DNA from: Candidatus Parcubacteria bacterium
GTDB lineage: Bacteria > Patescibacteriota > Patescibacteriia > PEXW01
Direction of reading: 5' to 3'
NCBI GenBank assembly: GCA_003597955.1
Contig: QZJU01000006.1
Coordinates: 34,500 to 98,499, forward strand
Length of the DNA stretch: 64,000 nucleotides
Part shown: positions 38,142 to 49,287 of the stretch, piece by piece
Numbering within the stretch: the first letter of the stretch is position 1
Layout: every line of letters starts with the position of its first letter
Program-made: the position numbers and the translations under genes
Notes under the pieces: generated by a model
Databases searched by the model: none
What the model saw: only the letters and a program-made list of their open reading frames with translations
What the model was told of the DNA's origin: nothing

Positions 38142-40808
38142 ATGTATTTAGAAAAATTGGAAATTCAGGGTTTTAAATCCTTTGCCCATAAAACCACATT
38201 GGAATTCCAAAAAGGCATTGCTGTGATTGTCGGGCCGAACGGTTCTGGCAAATCCAATGTCGCTGATGCCATTCGTTGGGTTTTGGGCGAGCAGAGTTTA
38301 AAAATGCTGCGGGGCAAGAAAAGCGAAGATGTGATTTTTGCCGGTTCAGACAAAAAAACCAAGCTTGGCATGGCCGAAGTAGTGTTGAGCTTGGACAATA
38401 CCGACCATAAGGCGCCAATTGAGTATCAAAAAGTCGTGATCGCCCGCCGCATTTATAAAGACGGCACCTCGGAATATATTTTAAACGGCGCCGTGGCTCG
38501 CTTGGTGGATATTCAGATGTTGCTTGCCCGCTCCAATATTGGCCAGCGGACTTATTCGGTAATCGGTCAGGGCGCGGTGGACGCGGTGTTGTTGGCGTCG
38601 CCGCGGGAGCGCAAAGAATTTTTTGACGAAGCCGCGGGCGTTCGACCTTATCAAATCAAGCGCGAACAGGCTGAGCACAAATTGGCGGCCACACGTGAAA
38701 ATCTGGTCCAAGCCCAGTTGCTGATTGACGAGATCGCGCCGCGCTTGCGGTCTTTAACCCGCCAGGTTAAAAGGCTGAATGAGCGCGAGGAAATTCAGAA
38801 AAATTTAAGAACCGTCCAGGCGCAAGCTTACAGCCATAAATTACTAAATTTAAGGCAGGATTTAAGCCGAGTCGGCGAAAAGGTGGAAGCTGCAGAAGCC
38901 GAACAAACCGAAGCCTTGGCTGAAGTCCAGGCAATTCAGGCTAAATTAGATGTGGAAGAACGCGGCATCACGCGGCATGAAAATTTCAGCCAATTGCAGA
39001 ATGCCTATCAGCACCTAGTCGACAAGCGCAATCGCCTGCTGACCGAACGGGCGGCCTTGGCCGGCAAAGTCGCGGCCAGTTTGGCCAAAGCGGGCCAGGT
39101 CAATGTGGTCTGGCTGAATGCTCAAAAAGCCGAATTTGAATCGCGCCTGAAAGCCACGGAAGATTCGCACAAACACTTAAAAGAAAAATTTTTAAAATTG
39201 GAAATTCAGGCCAAGGCCGCCCTGACTGAAGTTCAGGCCTTTGATCAGGAAATTAAAAAAATCGAAAACGACCTTTTGAAAGCCGAAACCGCCTTAAAAA
39301 CCAAAACCAGCCTGACCTTGCCGGATTTGGCCAAAAGCGTAGTTGAGGTTATAACTCGGCACCATAAATTTTTGCAGGCAATCAAGGCCGCCACCAGCCT
39401 GGAAGAGTTTTCGGCCTTAAAAAAGGAAGCCAATCGCCTGGCCACGGATGCGGAAAAATTCATTCTTCAGGTAAATTTGCAGGCGCCCAACATTGATCCG
39501 GTTGAATTGATCGCTTTGCAGCGGCGTTTGCACGAGGTCATGAAGGCCAAAGAGCTAAAAGCCAAAACTGAGAATCAGCTGTCAGCTGAAGTCAAGGTAG
39601 CTAGCGAAAAGCTGTTTGATTTGGAAAAAGACATCCAGCGCTTGAAAGAAGAAATCCTGCGGGCGGACAAAGAATTAAAGCTCACGGAATTAAAACCCAA
39701 GAATCCGGCCGAAGCCGAGACGGCCGTGGAAAAGGCCCAAAGCGAAATGGACGCCATGCTAAGAGATTTGGAAGCGCAAATTGCAAAAGCGAAAGCCGAG
39801 GTTGAAAAATTCAATTTAACCGAGCAAGGCAAACGCGATAAATTGTTCGCATTGCAGAGGCAGGCCCGGGAAGCGCAGGAAACTGTTCGCCAATCCGAAA
39901 GCCGACTGGCGGATTTGCGCGTAGATTTGGCCCGTTTGGAAACCCGGGAAGAGGATATTTTGCGAGAATTGCATTCGGAGTTGCCGGCAGAATATATTAC
40001 GGAAGTGGAAAATGTCAAAAAATTACACACGGATGCAAATTTAGAAAAACTCGAAGCCGAGGTAGCGAAAGCGAAGCATGCCTTGGAGCTGATCGGCGGC
40101 ATTGACGAAAATGCCGTGAAAGAATATGAAGAGACCAAAACGCGGCATGATTTTTTAACCACCCAAGTCCATGATTTAACCAAGGCCTCGGAAGATTTGG
40201 AAGCCGGGATCCAAAAATTAGAAAAAATTATTAAGGAGAAGTTTGAAGCGTCTTTTAAAAAAGTCTCCGATGAATTTTCAAAATATTTCAAAATCCTCTT
40301 CAATGGAGGCCACGCCAGCCTAGAGCTAGTCAAGGAATATGTTTTGGCGCCTGAGCAGCAGAATGATGAAACCGAGGATGAGGCCGAAGCAGAAGCCGAG
40401 GCCGAACTTGAGTCAAAAAAACCTTTAGGCGAAAAAGTCGTTACGGGCGTGGAAATTTTCGCCACCCCGCCAGGCAAAAGACTAAAAGGCATTGGCATGC
40501 TTTCTGGCGGCGAAAGGGCCTTGACTTCCATTGCTTTGATCTGCGCGATTTTGGCTTCCAACCCCTCGCCTTTTGTAGTTTTGGATGAGGTGGACGCGGC
40601 TTTGGACGAATCGAATTCCATCCGTTTCGCCCAGATATTGGAAAAGCTTTCGCACCGGACGCAATTCATTACCATTTCCCACAACCGCGCCACAATGCAG
40701 CGCGCGACGCTTTTGTACGGCGTGACCATGAGCGATGATGGCGTCTCCAAATTACTTTCAGTCAAAATGGAGGATGTTGACAAGGTGGTTAACGGAAGCC
40801 GGGCTTAA
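38142..40808 (+). CDS. smc: chromosome segregation protein SMC (short form, 888 aa)
   Basis: N-terminal FKSFAHKTTLEFQKGIAVIVGPNGSGKSNVADAIRWVLGEQS, coiled coils, and C-terminal LSGGERALTSIALICAI…VLDEVDAALD. Confidence 0.9.
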   Translation: MYLEKLEIQGFKSFAHKTTLEFQKGIAVIVGPNGSGKSNVADAIRWVLGEQSLKMLRGKKSEDVIFAGSDKKTKLGMAEVVLSLDNTDHKAPIEYQKVVIARRIYKDGTSEYILNGAVARLVDIQMLLARSNIGQRTYSVIGQGAVDAVLLASPRERKEFFDEAAGVRPYQIKREQAEHKLAATRENLVQAQLLIDEIAPRLRSLTRQVKRLNEREEIQKNLRTVQAQAYSHKLLNLRQDLSRVGEKVEAAEAEQTEALAEVQAIQAKLDVEERGITRHENFSQLQNAYQHLVDKRNRLLTERAALAGKVAASLAKAGQVNVVWLNAQKAEFESRLKATEDSHKHLKEKFLKLEIQAKAALTEVQAFDQEIKKIENDLLKAETALKTKTSLTLPDLAKSVVEVITRHHKFLQAIKAATSLEEFSALKKEANRLATDAEKFILQVNLQAPNIDPVELIALQRRLHEVMKAKELKAKTENQLSAEVKVASEKLFDLEKDIQRLKEEILRADKELKLTELKPKNPAEAETAVEKAQSEMDAMLRDLEAQIAKAKAEVEKFNLTEQGKRDKLFALQRQAREAQETVRQSESRLADLRVDLARLETREEDILRELHSELPAEYITEVENVKKLHTDANLEKLEAEVAKAKHALELIGGIDENAVKEYEETKTRHDFLTTQVHDLTKASEDLEAGIQKLEKIIKEKFEASFKKVSDEFSKYFKILFNGGHASLELVKEYVLAPEQQNDETEDEAEAEAEAELESKKPLGEKVVTGVEIFATPPGKRLKGIGMLSGGERALTSIALICAILASNPSPFVVLDEVDAALDESNSIRFAQILEKLSHRTQFITISHNRATMQRATLLYGVTMSDDGVSKLLSVKMEDVDKVVNGSRA

Positions 40809-40858
40809 AGGCCAGAACGCTTGACTGGATTTTAATATTTATTTACACTACCCCCACT

Positions 40859-41239
40859 ATGGTTGCGATTAGACTAAAAAGAGTTGGCAAAAAAGGACAC
40901 GCAAGTTTCCGTTTTGTGGTGTCTGATAAAAGTAAGGACACTATCGGTCCGGCTTTGGAAATTTTGGGTTCTTACAATCCGCATATCAATCCCCCGGAAA
41001 TCAAAGTAAAAAAAGAACGGGTCCAGTATTGGTTGGGTAAAGGCGCCAAGCCCTCGGCCACAGTACATAATCTATTGGTAACCGCCGGCGTGATAAACGC
41101 GCCAAAAGTGGTTATTGTCAAAGCCAAGAAACCCGCCAAAGACGAAAAGGCAGAGCCAAAGACTAAACCAGCCAAACCTGAAGCCAAAGCCGAAATTAAA
41201 ACCGAAGCGAAAAAAACCGAAGAACCGGCGAAGAGTTAA
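40859..41239 (+). CDS. rpsP: 30S ribosomal protein bS16 with K/A/E/P-rich C-terminal extension
   Basis: MVAIRLKRVGKKGHASFRFVVSDKSKDTIGPALEILGSYNPH…. Confidence 0.9.
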   Translation: MVAIRLKRVGKKGHASFRFVVSDKSKDTIGPALEILGSYNPHINPPEIKVKKERVQYWLGKGAKPSATVHNLLVTAGVINAPKVVIVKAKKPAKDEKAEPKTKPAKPEAKAEIKTEAKKTEEPAKS

Positions 41240-41333
41240 AGACAGTCGATAACCTAAACAAAATATTTAAGGGGCTTTCTAGTCTGTTTGACAGTTTTTG
41301 GTTTTTTGTTAAACTAAGCAGCTATAAGTTTCT

Positions 41334-42272
41334 TTGAAAATTGAACACCTAATCACTCAAAATCCAAATTGGAGGCGTTGTATGAATCGTAGCGTCAGAG
41401 TGTTTTTGGCCTGTTTTTGCGGGGCCTTTATTGGCGCCTTGATTGCCCTCAAGGTTAACCTTGATTTCTGGTGGCTGGGTCTGCTAGTTGGCGGTTTAAC
41501 CGGGTATATGACCTATGACTTTAAGCAAGTCATGGTAATGGTGCCTAAAGCATTCAAGTTATTCAAGCAAGTCTTACTCCGGGATTGCGCTGAAGAACTT
41601 GATCTCATTCGAGCCTACCTCAAACCATCGCACGCTTTCAGTCATATTGCTCTAGTATTATTAGGCATTATCTTTGCGCTTTTACTGAGCGCCGGTGAAA
41701 TGCGAATAGACGCTGATGCAGACGGGAAATTTTTTAAGCTTCTTGGCTTAGCAGTCGGTTTCCTTTCGGTAACACCCATCTTTTTTATGTTTTTCTATTT
41801 CCTCATAGCTGGTTTGGCATTCCTGGGCGCCCGGTATATGGAAAAAGTTTACTGGTACCCATACTCTGAAACTAAAATAAGAGCCAGAAGCATTGCAATC
41901 GATTTGGACAAGGCGGGTTTGCAGATGGCCGACATTAATTATCGTAATGCTTTTCGGTGGGTGGTCAAAGGTAGCGTGTATGCGGTTTGGTTTTCTTTCA
42001 AGTTCATTTTCTGGCTCGGCTGGAAATTTTTATTTCTGGGCATTTACTACACCGCCAAAGCGATTTTTGTCGGAACCCGGTATTTGTTTAAAACCATTCA
42101 TTCCGACATGCGGCTGCTTTGCGGAATTGACGCGGCTCTGGGCGCGTTAATTGGTTTTTATTTTGAAAATCCGGTTCTCGGCGCTGTTATTGGGGGCCTG
42201 ATCGGAGTGCTAAATTATGAACTCATTTCTAAGCGGCTTTTGCGTCTGGTCACGGCGACCAAAGCCAGCTGA
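41334..42272 (+). CDS. hypothetical polytopic membrane protein
   Basis: About 8 TM helices. An alternative start MNRSVRVF lies at 41382. Confidence 0.5.
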   Translation: MKIEHLITQNPNWRRCMNRSVRVFLACFCGAFIGALIALKVNLDFWWLGLLVGGLTGYMTYDFKQVMVMVPKAFKLFKQVLLRDCAEELDLIRAYLKPSHAFSHIALVLLGIIFALLLSAGEMRIDADADGKFFKLLGLAVGFLSVTPIFFMFFYFLIAGLAFLGARYMEKVYWYPYSETKIRARSIAIDLDKAGLQMADINYRNAFRWVVKGSVYAVWFSFKFIFWLGWKFLFLGIYYTAKAIFVGTRYLFKTIHSDMRLLCGIDAALGALIGFYFENPVLGAVIGGLIGVLNYELISKRLLRLVTATKAS

Positions 42273-42512
42273 AAATCTGGGTACCCCTTAAAAAATCGTT
42301 CAAACCTAAAACCTCGATTGGAATAATCGAGGTTTTTTATTGCCAGCTTTGACAAGCTTTTTTAAGCCTGCTATTTTTTCCCTATCGCTCGCCAGCGCTT
42401 CCTAATACCAAAAAAGAGGCTTTGGTACGCGGCAAGCCACACCGGTCCTTGTTTAGTCGCAGGATTGTCGGTTCCTGGCCAGAAACTTTCACCATTAACG
42501 AAAAAGACTGCT

Positions 42513-42863
42513 ATGGCAGAAACTTATCAAGACGCGGAATTCGTCGAGTATGTCGTCAAGTCGATCGTCGACAACCCGCAAGATGTTAAGGTCGAACGCA
42601 CAGTGGATGAGATGGGTGTGCTGATCACCTTGCATGTCAATCCTTCAGACTTGGGCCAAGTGATTGGCCGGCAAGGCCAGACGGCCAAAAGCATCCGCAC
42701 GTTGTTAAGGGTCGTGGGCGCCAAGAATCACGCCAGAGTGAACATGAAAATCTTTGAACCCGAAGGTTATAGAAAGTTCCAAGGCGAGAAAGGCGGCCGC
42801 CGAGGCGAAAGCCAGGCTCCAGCGAATGAAGATGCCAATCTGGCGGATGATCTTAAACTCTAA
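42513..42863 (+). CDS. KH-domain RNA-binding protein (YlqC/UPF0109-like) with a basic C-terminal tail
   Basis: …VKVERTVDEMGVLITLHVNPSDLGQVIGRQGQTAKSIRTLLRVVGAKNHARVNMKI… KH fold with GRQG loop. This is its usual position next to rpsP. Confidence 0.8.
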   Translation: MAETYQDAEFVEYVVKSIVDNPQDVKVERTVDEMGVLITLHVNPSDLGQVIGRQGQTAKSIRTLLRVVGAKNHARVNMKIFEPEGYRKFQGEKGGRRGESQAPANEDANLADDLKL

Positions 42864-42877
42864 TTGTTAAATCAATA

Positions 42878-42915
42878 AAAGAGAGCTCGAAAAGAGCTCT
42901 CTTTTATTTGTTTTT
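42878..42915 (+). terminator. rho-independent terminator
   Basis: AAAGAGAGCTCgaaaaGAGCTCTCTTTTATTTGTTTTTTTTG. Confidence 0.7.
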
Positions 42916-43372
42916 TTTGAAAATGCGGCTATAATGAAAGCAAATAGCCCTGTTTGAAATCCCCAAGAATCGTGAGGTGAATATGCAAGACGGCAGAATA
43001 GCTCTTGATAGGTACTATGGTGACGATTCTACCTAGGCAGTTTCGGTGGTCAGTTCTGACCACCGATTTTATTTAAGCTGATTATTCTCTTTACAGATGT
43101 TTTTAAAAAGGCTAACATACACCCCAATTGTTCCCAATAATTCTTCTTAAGAGGCAAAGATGCAACTAGACTGAATTATTTCAAAAATCGCTCCCAGCGA
43201 TGAATTCCTGGCTATTCTGGTATTATTTATGTTTGCATGTTTGATCTGGGGTCTTCATTCATTTCTCGTTAGCGATTCTCGCCAGGAGTTTTAGTGCTTT
43301 TTTTACTAATTTTAGGTGGTCAAATCTTGGCCACCTATTTTTATTTAGCTTAGCTTCATATACAATACATTC

Positions 43373-44014
43373 ATGCAATTCGACATTATTACAATTTTTC
43401 CTAAGGCTTTTGGCTATTTGGAGCAGAGCATTCTTGGCCGGGCGCTTAAGTCAGGTAAAATCAAAGTCAAGATTCATGATCTGCGGAAATGGACAACCGA
43501 TAAACATCGAACTGTTGATGATCGGCCTTATGGCGGTGGTCCAGGCATGGTTATGAAGGTTGAGCCGCTGCACAAAGCCATAAAAGCGATCAAGAAATCC
43601 AAAAAAGTCAAAGTGGTTTTATTTTCGGCTAAAGGCGAAAAGTTCACCCAGACTAAGGCTAGGCAATTGCAAAAATACCATCAGATAATTTTAATCGCTG
43701 GCCGCTATGAAGGTGTGGACGAGAGAATTTTAAAATGGGTGGATGTAGAACTCTCCATTGGCGATTATGTTTTAACCGGCGGCGAACTGCCGGCGATGGT
43801 CGTTATCGACGCCGTCGGCCGTTTGCAGTCCGGAGTTTTAGGCAAACGCGAATCCGCTTTGGAAGAGTCACACCGTCGGCCAGGCTGGTTGGAATATCCG
43901 CATTACACTCGACCCGAAGTTTTTAAAGGCCGACGCGTGCCCGTTGCTTTACTCTCGGGCGATCACCGGAAAATAAAAATTTGGAGGCAACATCACGCGC
44001 GCCAAAGAATATGA
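43373..44014 (+). CDS. trmD: tRNA (guanine37-N1)-methyltransferase TrmD
   Basis: MQFDIITIFPKAFGYLEQSILGRA…RPYGGGPGMVMKVEPL…IAGRYEGVDERI…. Confidence 0.9.
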   Translation: MQFDIITIFPKAFGYLEQSILGRALKSGKIKVKIHDLRKWTTDKHRTVDDRPYGGGPGMVMKVEPLHKAIKAIKKSKKVKVVLFSAKGEKFTQTKARQLQKYHQIILIAGRYEGVDERILKWVDVELSIGDYVLTGGELPAMVVIDAVGRLQSGVLGKRESALEESHRRPGWLEYPHYTRPEVFKGRRVPVALLSGDHRKIKIWRQHHARQRI

Positions 44015-45294
44015 AGCCAGATGTTTCGGTTCTAAAGAATGTCGGCTTTCGCCGGCTCTGGCTTAGTCAGCTGACCTCCACTCTCGCCACCAATCTTTTG
44101 ACCTTTGGCTATGTTTTGGCTTTGTACGAGATCTCCGGTTCCAATGCCTATGTCGCGCTCTTAGTCGGTTTCCAAAGCATTCCGCCAATTATTTTCTCCT
44201 CAGTGGCTGGTGTGATTGCAGACAGTTACGGCCGTCGGCGAATTTTGGTTTGGGTCAATTTGGGCCGGGTCCTGGTGGCATTACTTAGCATATTTACGAC
44301 CCAAAGTGCTTTTATCATTCTAGTCGCGGCTTTTTTTCTGCAAATTATCACCCAGTTTTTCGTGCCTGCCGCCGCCGCCGCCATCCCCCAGGTGGTCAAA
44401 CCGGAAAAATTATTTGCGGCGAACTCTTTTTTTACGCTGACCATGTACGCCATGTTCTTGGTTGGCTACGGTGCGGCCGGGCCTTTGATTGATTTAATTG
44501 GCACGCCCTTAACTTTTGCCCTGGCAATGCTTTTGTATTTAATCGCCACCTCGGCCTCAATGCTTTTGCCAAAACTTGATGAACACCTAAAAATGCTCTC
44601 GCATAAAACCATTAATTTTTTCCATCAGCTTGGCCTGGTCTGGCATCGGTTCGTGGAGGGCTTGCGTTATGTCCGCCGTGACTTTATTATTTTTTTCATC
44701 TTGCTCCAGGTTTCGGTCTTGATCGCCGTGGAAAAAGCTTTTGCTTCTTTGATGCCGGCTTTTGCTTTGGATTTTTTGGGTTTTTCCAAAAGCGCCATCT
44801 CCTTTACTTTTATTCTGCCTACCGCCCTGGGCACCTTGATCGGCGTAATTCTTGCCAATCGGCTGAAGACCAAAATTTCAAAATTTAGGCTCATTTCCAC
44901 CGGTTTGGTTTTGGATGCCTTAGCTCTGCTTTTTGCGGTTTTAATCTACCCCATCGCCAATAGTTTGCTTTGGTTGCTTCCTAGTTTATCACCGGAAGTT
45001 TTCCGTACGGCGATTGTGATTTGTTTGGCAATGCTGTCGGGCTTTGCCGATCCTTTCATAATCGTTTCCGCGCAAACAATTTTGCAGGAACGGGTGCCGA
45101 ATCAAGAGCAGGGCCGGGTTTTTGGTTTGCAGAATACCGTGCAAAATATGTTCGCGTTCTTGCCTGTTTTCATAATCGGCGCCTTGGACGGCATCTTGGC
45201 CGTACCAGTGATAATCAGTGTTTTAGGCGCTTTAATCGCGGTCTTGGCATTTTTGGGCATATATTTTTTCAAGACGAAGAACTCGGCGGGTTAA
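44011..45294 (+). CDS. MFS transporter
   Basis: 12-TM protein. Its ATG overlaps the trmD stop (ATGA). Confidence 0.75.
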   Translation: MKPDVSVLKNVGFRRLWLSQLTSTLATNLLTFGYVLALYEISGSNAYVALLVGFQSIPPIIFSSVAGVIADSYGRRRILVWVNLGRVLVALLSIFTTQSAFIILVAAFFLQIITQFFVPAAAAAIPQVVKPEKLFAANSFFTLTMYAMFLVGYGAAGPLIDLIGTPLTFALAMLLYLIATSASMLLPKLDEHLKMLSHKTINFFHQLGLVWHRFVEGLRYVRRDFIIFFILLQVSVLIAVEKAFASLMPAFALDFLGFSKSAISFTFILPTALGTLIGVILANRLKTKISKFRLISTGLVLDALALLFAVLIYPIANSLLWLLPSLSPEVFRTAIVICLAMLSGFADPFIIVSAQTILQERVPNQEQGRVFGLQNTVQNMFAFLPVFIIGALDGILAVPVIISVLGALIAVLAFLGIYFFKTKNSAG

Positions 45295-45306
45295 AGCATT
45301 CCTGAC

Positions 45307-45335
45307 TTGACAAGCTGACGATTCCTGGTTATGCT
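45307..45335 (+). promoter_or_regulatory. sigma-70-type promoter upstream of the 16S leader (TTGACA-N17-TATGCT)
   Basis: Near-consensus hexamers are visible about 640 nt upstream of the mature 16S 5' end. Confidence 0.5.
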
Positions 45336-45981
45336 GGTTAGGTCGATAATTTATGGTTTCGAACTGTAAATTCGACTGAATAAACCTTATCTTTATGTAA
45401 AAACTTTAGAAACTGACAATTCAGGTTTTTAAAGAGGAAAAACAGTGATGCCTATTTCGGGCCTCCCTGTTTTTTCTTCCCCTTCGCTCCACACAGTGGA
45501 GCTTCGGGGGACAAGCCCCTCGCTCCCTAGTACTATCAGGTACCATCAGAGATTTCGGGGGAAAGCCCTCCGTAGCCTTGGCGTAGGAGGGATGATTGTC
45601 AGGAGTGGAACTTGATCGTTGACAACTAAAGAGTGGTAAGATGAACCAAATTCCAAAAGCAATTTTGGATTTGGAGAAATAGAACGTCAATTTTCAATAA
45701 ATCTTTTTCTTGGATCTTTTTGATTCAAGGCAGTTTTTCTAAAAGTTTTCTGCAATAAACTTTTTTGAGAGTCAGATCCCGCCTTATGGGCGGGGTTAAA
45801 AACTTTCTTTTTTGAGAGTTTGCCGTGTACCAGTCGCTTCTCGCCTTTGGCGAGGCTCCGGTGCACGGCAACCCTGTACCCGAATCCCGCTCTGCGGGGT
45901 AAGTGGTACAGGGTGATCCTACCCAGCTTTTTCTTCATTGATAAAGTTGGTTTAAAGATTTAATTCTTAAAAATTTTATTT

Positions 45982-46021
<40 letters not shown>

Positions 46022-46334
46022 TTTTAGGCATGCAAGTCGAACGAACCTTCGCCCTTCACTGCGTGAAGAGCTTCGGTCCGCAGGCGCGTTGCAAATAATG
46101 CAGCGAGCTTGCTCACCGCCCGTCCTCCGCAGTAGCAGTACTACTGCTATGGAGGATGGATAGCCCATTGCGTAGCGATGGGCGGAGGTGAGTGGCAAAC
46201 GGGTGCGTAACACATTGGTAACCTGCCTCAGTCACGGGGATAACTCCGCGAAAGCGGAGCTAATACCCGATGGTCTTCTCTGTCTTATGACAGAGCAGTA
46301 AAGATGCAAGTCGGATTGAGAGGGGCCTATGGTC

Positions 46335-46370
<36 letters not shown>

Positions 46371-46967
46371 GAAGACGGATAGCGGGCGTGAGAGCGCGAC
46401 CCGCCTCAGTGGAACTGAGACACTGTCCACACTCCTACGGGAGGCTGCAGTCAAGAATATTCCTCAATGGGCGAAAGCCTGAAGGAGCGACGCCGCGTGC
46501 AGGAAGAAACCCCTCGGGGCGTAAACTGCTTTTCTCTGGGAATAACTTATGAAGGTACCAGAGGAATAAGGGGCTGCTAACTTCGTGCCAGCAGCAGCGG
46601 TAATACGAAGGCCTCAAGCGTTATCCGGATTTATTGGGCGTAAAGAGTTCAACGGCGGTTTGGAAAGTTCCTGGTCAAATTGCACTGCTCAACCGTGCAA
46701 CTGCTAGGAAAACTACCAGACTTGAGCCTGGGAGAGGCAAACGGAATTGTCGGTGTAGTAGTAAAATGCGCTAATATCGACAAGAACACCAATAGCGAAA
46801 GCAGTTTGCTGGAACAGTGCTGACGCTTTACGAACGAAAGCGTGGGGAGCGATACGGATTAGATACCCGTGTAGTCCACGCCGTAAACGATGGGTACTAG
46901 GCATTGCGGGATTCGACCCCTGCAGTGTCGGTTAATCAAGCTAACGCATTAAGTACCCCGCCTGGGC

Positions 46968-47006
<39 letters not shown>

Positions 47007-47007
47007 A

Positions 47008-47045
<38 letters not shown>

Positions 47046-47122
47046 ATAAACGAGGAACCTTACCAGGTCTTGACATCCCGGGAAGTCCGCCGAAAGGTGG
47101 ATGTGCCGCAAGGAACCCGGTG

Positions 47123-47161
<39 letters not shown>

Positions 47162-47466
47162 CGTTGGGTTAAGTCCCCTAACGAGCGCAACCCTCGTGTT
47201 ATGTTAAAGTATTCATAACAGACTGCCGGCTTTAAGCCGGAGGAAGGCGAGGATGACGTCAAGTCAGCATGGTCCTCTGACGACCTGGGCTACACACGTG
47301 CTACAATGGGGTGCAACAATGGGCCGCGAAACCGCAAGGTGGAGCAAATCCCACCAAACCACCCCCAAGTTCAGATTGAGGGCTGCAACTCGACCTCATG
47401 AAGCTGGAATCGCTAGTAACCGCGCATCAGCTATGGTGCGGTGAATACGTTCTCGGGCTTTGTACA

Positions 47467-48309
47467 AAATAAATGCGCCTGGCAGGTATATTCGCTAAAT
47501 GGTGAAAGTCCATTTCCCGCAATCAAACGGGATAGCCGAAGGATAGGGCCGTAATTTCCGCAAGGGACGGCCTAAAGGATCCGAGGTGGCAAACAACAGC
47601 CAACAGGGCAAAATAGCAGAGTTTCGACCTATGCGTGTACTATAGGGAAGAAGCCATGAAAAATCTGCTGCCCCGGATGTTGGAAAAAGTGCATATATTG
47701 ACCCAGGGAGATCCTGCAAATAAACGACTATTTGTAAGTTTGCAGGAAGTCAGCTGAGTTCATAGTAGTTTCGTGGTATACTCACACCGAGATATGCCAA
47801 GAATCGAAGGAACGAATTCTATATTACATCCACAATACATTGTCGGTTTTGTTGATGGCGAAGGTTGTTTTTGCGTCATCATAAGCAAACACAATACTTT
47901 AAAGTCAAAAAAGGAAGTGCGTTGCATCTTTGAAATAGAAGTTCGAGAAGACGATAAGCCAATCCTAGAAGCAATTAAAAAAACTTTAGGCTGTGGTAAA
48001 ATTTATCTTCTTGATTATACTCGCTATTCAAAATGGCGTGCACACGCAAAATTTAAAGTCAGTAATTTACCAGAGATTATTAATAAAATCATTCCTTTTT
48101 TTGAAAAAAATCAATTAAAAGCTAAAAAGCGAAAGAGCTTTGAAATTTTCAAGAAGATCGCCTTAATGATTCAAAATAAGGATCATTTACACTTGAAAGG
48201 CATTGAAAAAATAGAAGCTTTACGAAATAAAATGAATAAATAGAAACTCGCTGGATGCGGAAAAGCCGCACGTCCAGTGGGGAGGAACATTATAGTCAAT
48301 GATTCCAAT
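47467..48309 (+). mobile_element. intervening sequence/intron in the 16S rRNA between E. coli positions 1396 and 1397, encoding a LAGLIDADG endonuclease
   Basis: Boundaries inferred by restoring the universal GTACACACCGCCCGT. Contains structured GC-rich 5' and 3' segments and the ORF 47773-48243. Confidence 0.65.
47773..48243 (+). CDS. single-motif LAGLIDADG homing endonuclease encoded within the 16S intervening sequence
   Basis: YIVGFVDGEGCF motif. AT-rich. An alternative start lies at 47794 (MPRIEG…). Confidence 0.75.
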   Translation: MVYSHRDMPRIEGTNSILHPQYIVGFVDGEGCFCVIISKHNTLKSKKEVRCIFEIEVREDDKPILEAIKKTLGCGKIYLLDYTRYSKWRAHAKFKVSNLPEIINKIIPFFEKNQLKAKKRKSFEIFKKIALMIQNKDHLHLKGIEKIEALRNKMNK

Positions 48310-48911
48310 CACCGCCCGTCACGCCAAGAGAGTCGGAAATACCTGAAGCCCCCGCATTAGCGGGGATCAAGGTAGAGTCGATGATAGGGGCGAAGTCGTA
48401 ACAAGGCATCGGTAGCGGAAGCTGTCGATGGATCACCTCCTTTCTAGGGAGATACGGTGTCGTCCCGCCAAATGGTGGGACACATTATAGTCGTGCTGTC
48501 AGTTTAGATTGCCTTCGGGGCAATATAAACTGACAACTATTGCCTCGTGAAACGAGGCATTGATAAGTTCTATTTTTACTTCTCTTACCACTCTTAAGTT
48601 GTTAACATGAGCCGTCACGCATTTTATAAAGGCTGGCTATCTGCGGGATGGCGCCCCGCCTTTAGTCTTTCATTCGAAAATAACACCTTGAATTGCGGGG
48701 GCAAGGGGCTGGCCTATGACGGCCGGTCTTTTTTTGATAAATTATTATCACTTAGGTTGGGGCGATTGTATTTTCGATGAGTTCCTGCGGTGGGCGACTA
48801 GTTCCGATTCGCCAAACAGCAAATCGAGGATCCCGCCGAACGGCGGGAGTTACCCGCCCGAACGACTGAAGTCGTTCAGTCGGACGGTGAGTGTTCACCC
48901 CGTGCCAAAGG

Positions 48912-48988
48912 GGGCATGTAGCTCAGATGGTTAGAGCGCGTCACTGATAATGACGAGGTCCCTGGTTCGACTCCAGGCATGCCCACCA
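48912..48988 (+). tRNA. tRNA-Ile (GAU)
   Basis: GGGCATGTAGCTCAGATGGTTAGAGCGCGTCACTGATAATGACGAGGTCCCTGGTTCGACTCCAGGCATGCCCACCA. Lies about 470 nt after the 16S 3' end. Confidence 0.9.
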
Positions 48989-49180
48989 TTGCCCCTTTTG
49001 GGACGGGGCGGAGCTGATGATAATGGCCCGCCTCGCGTCAACTCGCCTCAATTAGGCGAAGCGGGCGCGAGTCGAGGCGGATTGTAGGGGTCAGAGGTTC
49101 TCCGCCGCCTAATTAATTTGGCTGGAAGGCGGATCCGCCTTTGGCGGAAAATTCTCTCAAAGCTTAATAGTAATTATTAC

Positions 49181-49287
49181 GGGTGATTAGCTCAGATGGT
49201 TAGAGCGTCACATTGACATTGTGAAGGTCGGAGGTTTCCGGCAAAGCCGGACCCGGCTCTGCCGGGCGATTCCTGAGTCGCCCACCA
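49181..49287 (+). pseudogene. tRNA-Val(GAC)-like gene with a 30-nt GC double-hairpin insertion in the T-loop (49237-49266) and a degenerate T-stem
   Basis: The 5' two-thirds is a good tRNA-Val (GGGTGATTAGCTCAGATGGTTAGAGCGTCACATTGACATTGTGAAGGTCGGAGGTT). After the insert TCCGGCAAAGCCGGACCCGGCTCTGCCGGG, the sequence CGATTCCTGAGTCGCCCACCA cannot re-form the T-stem. Confidence 0.5.

Noticed and set aside
39575-40783. 402-aa minus-strand ORF antisense to smc (and smaller antisense ORFs 38165..38711)
   Set aside because: It is the reverse complement of the SMC coiled-coil coding region, with an S/A-rich nonsense translation typical of antisense frames of repetitive coiled-coil genes.
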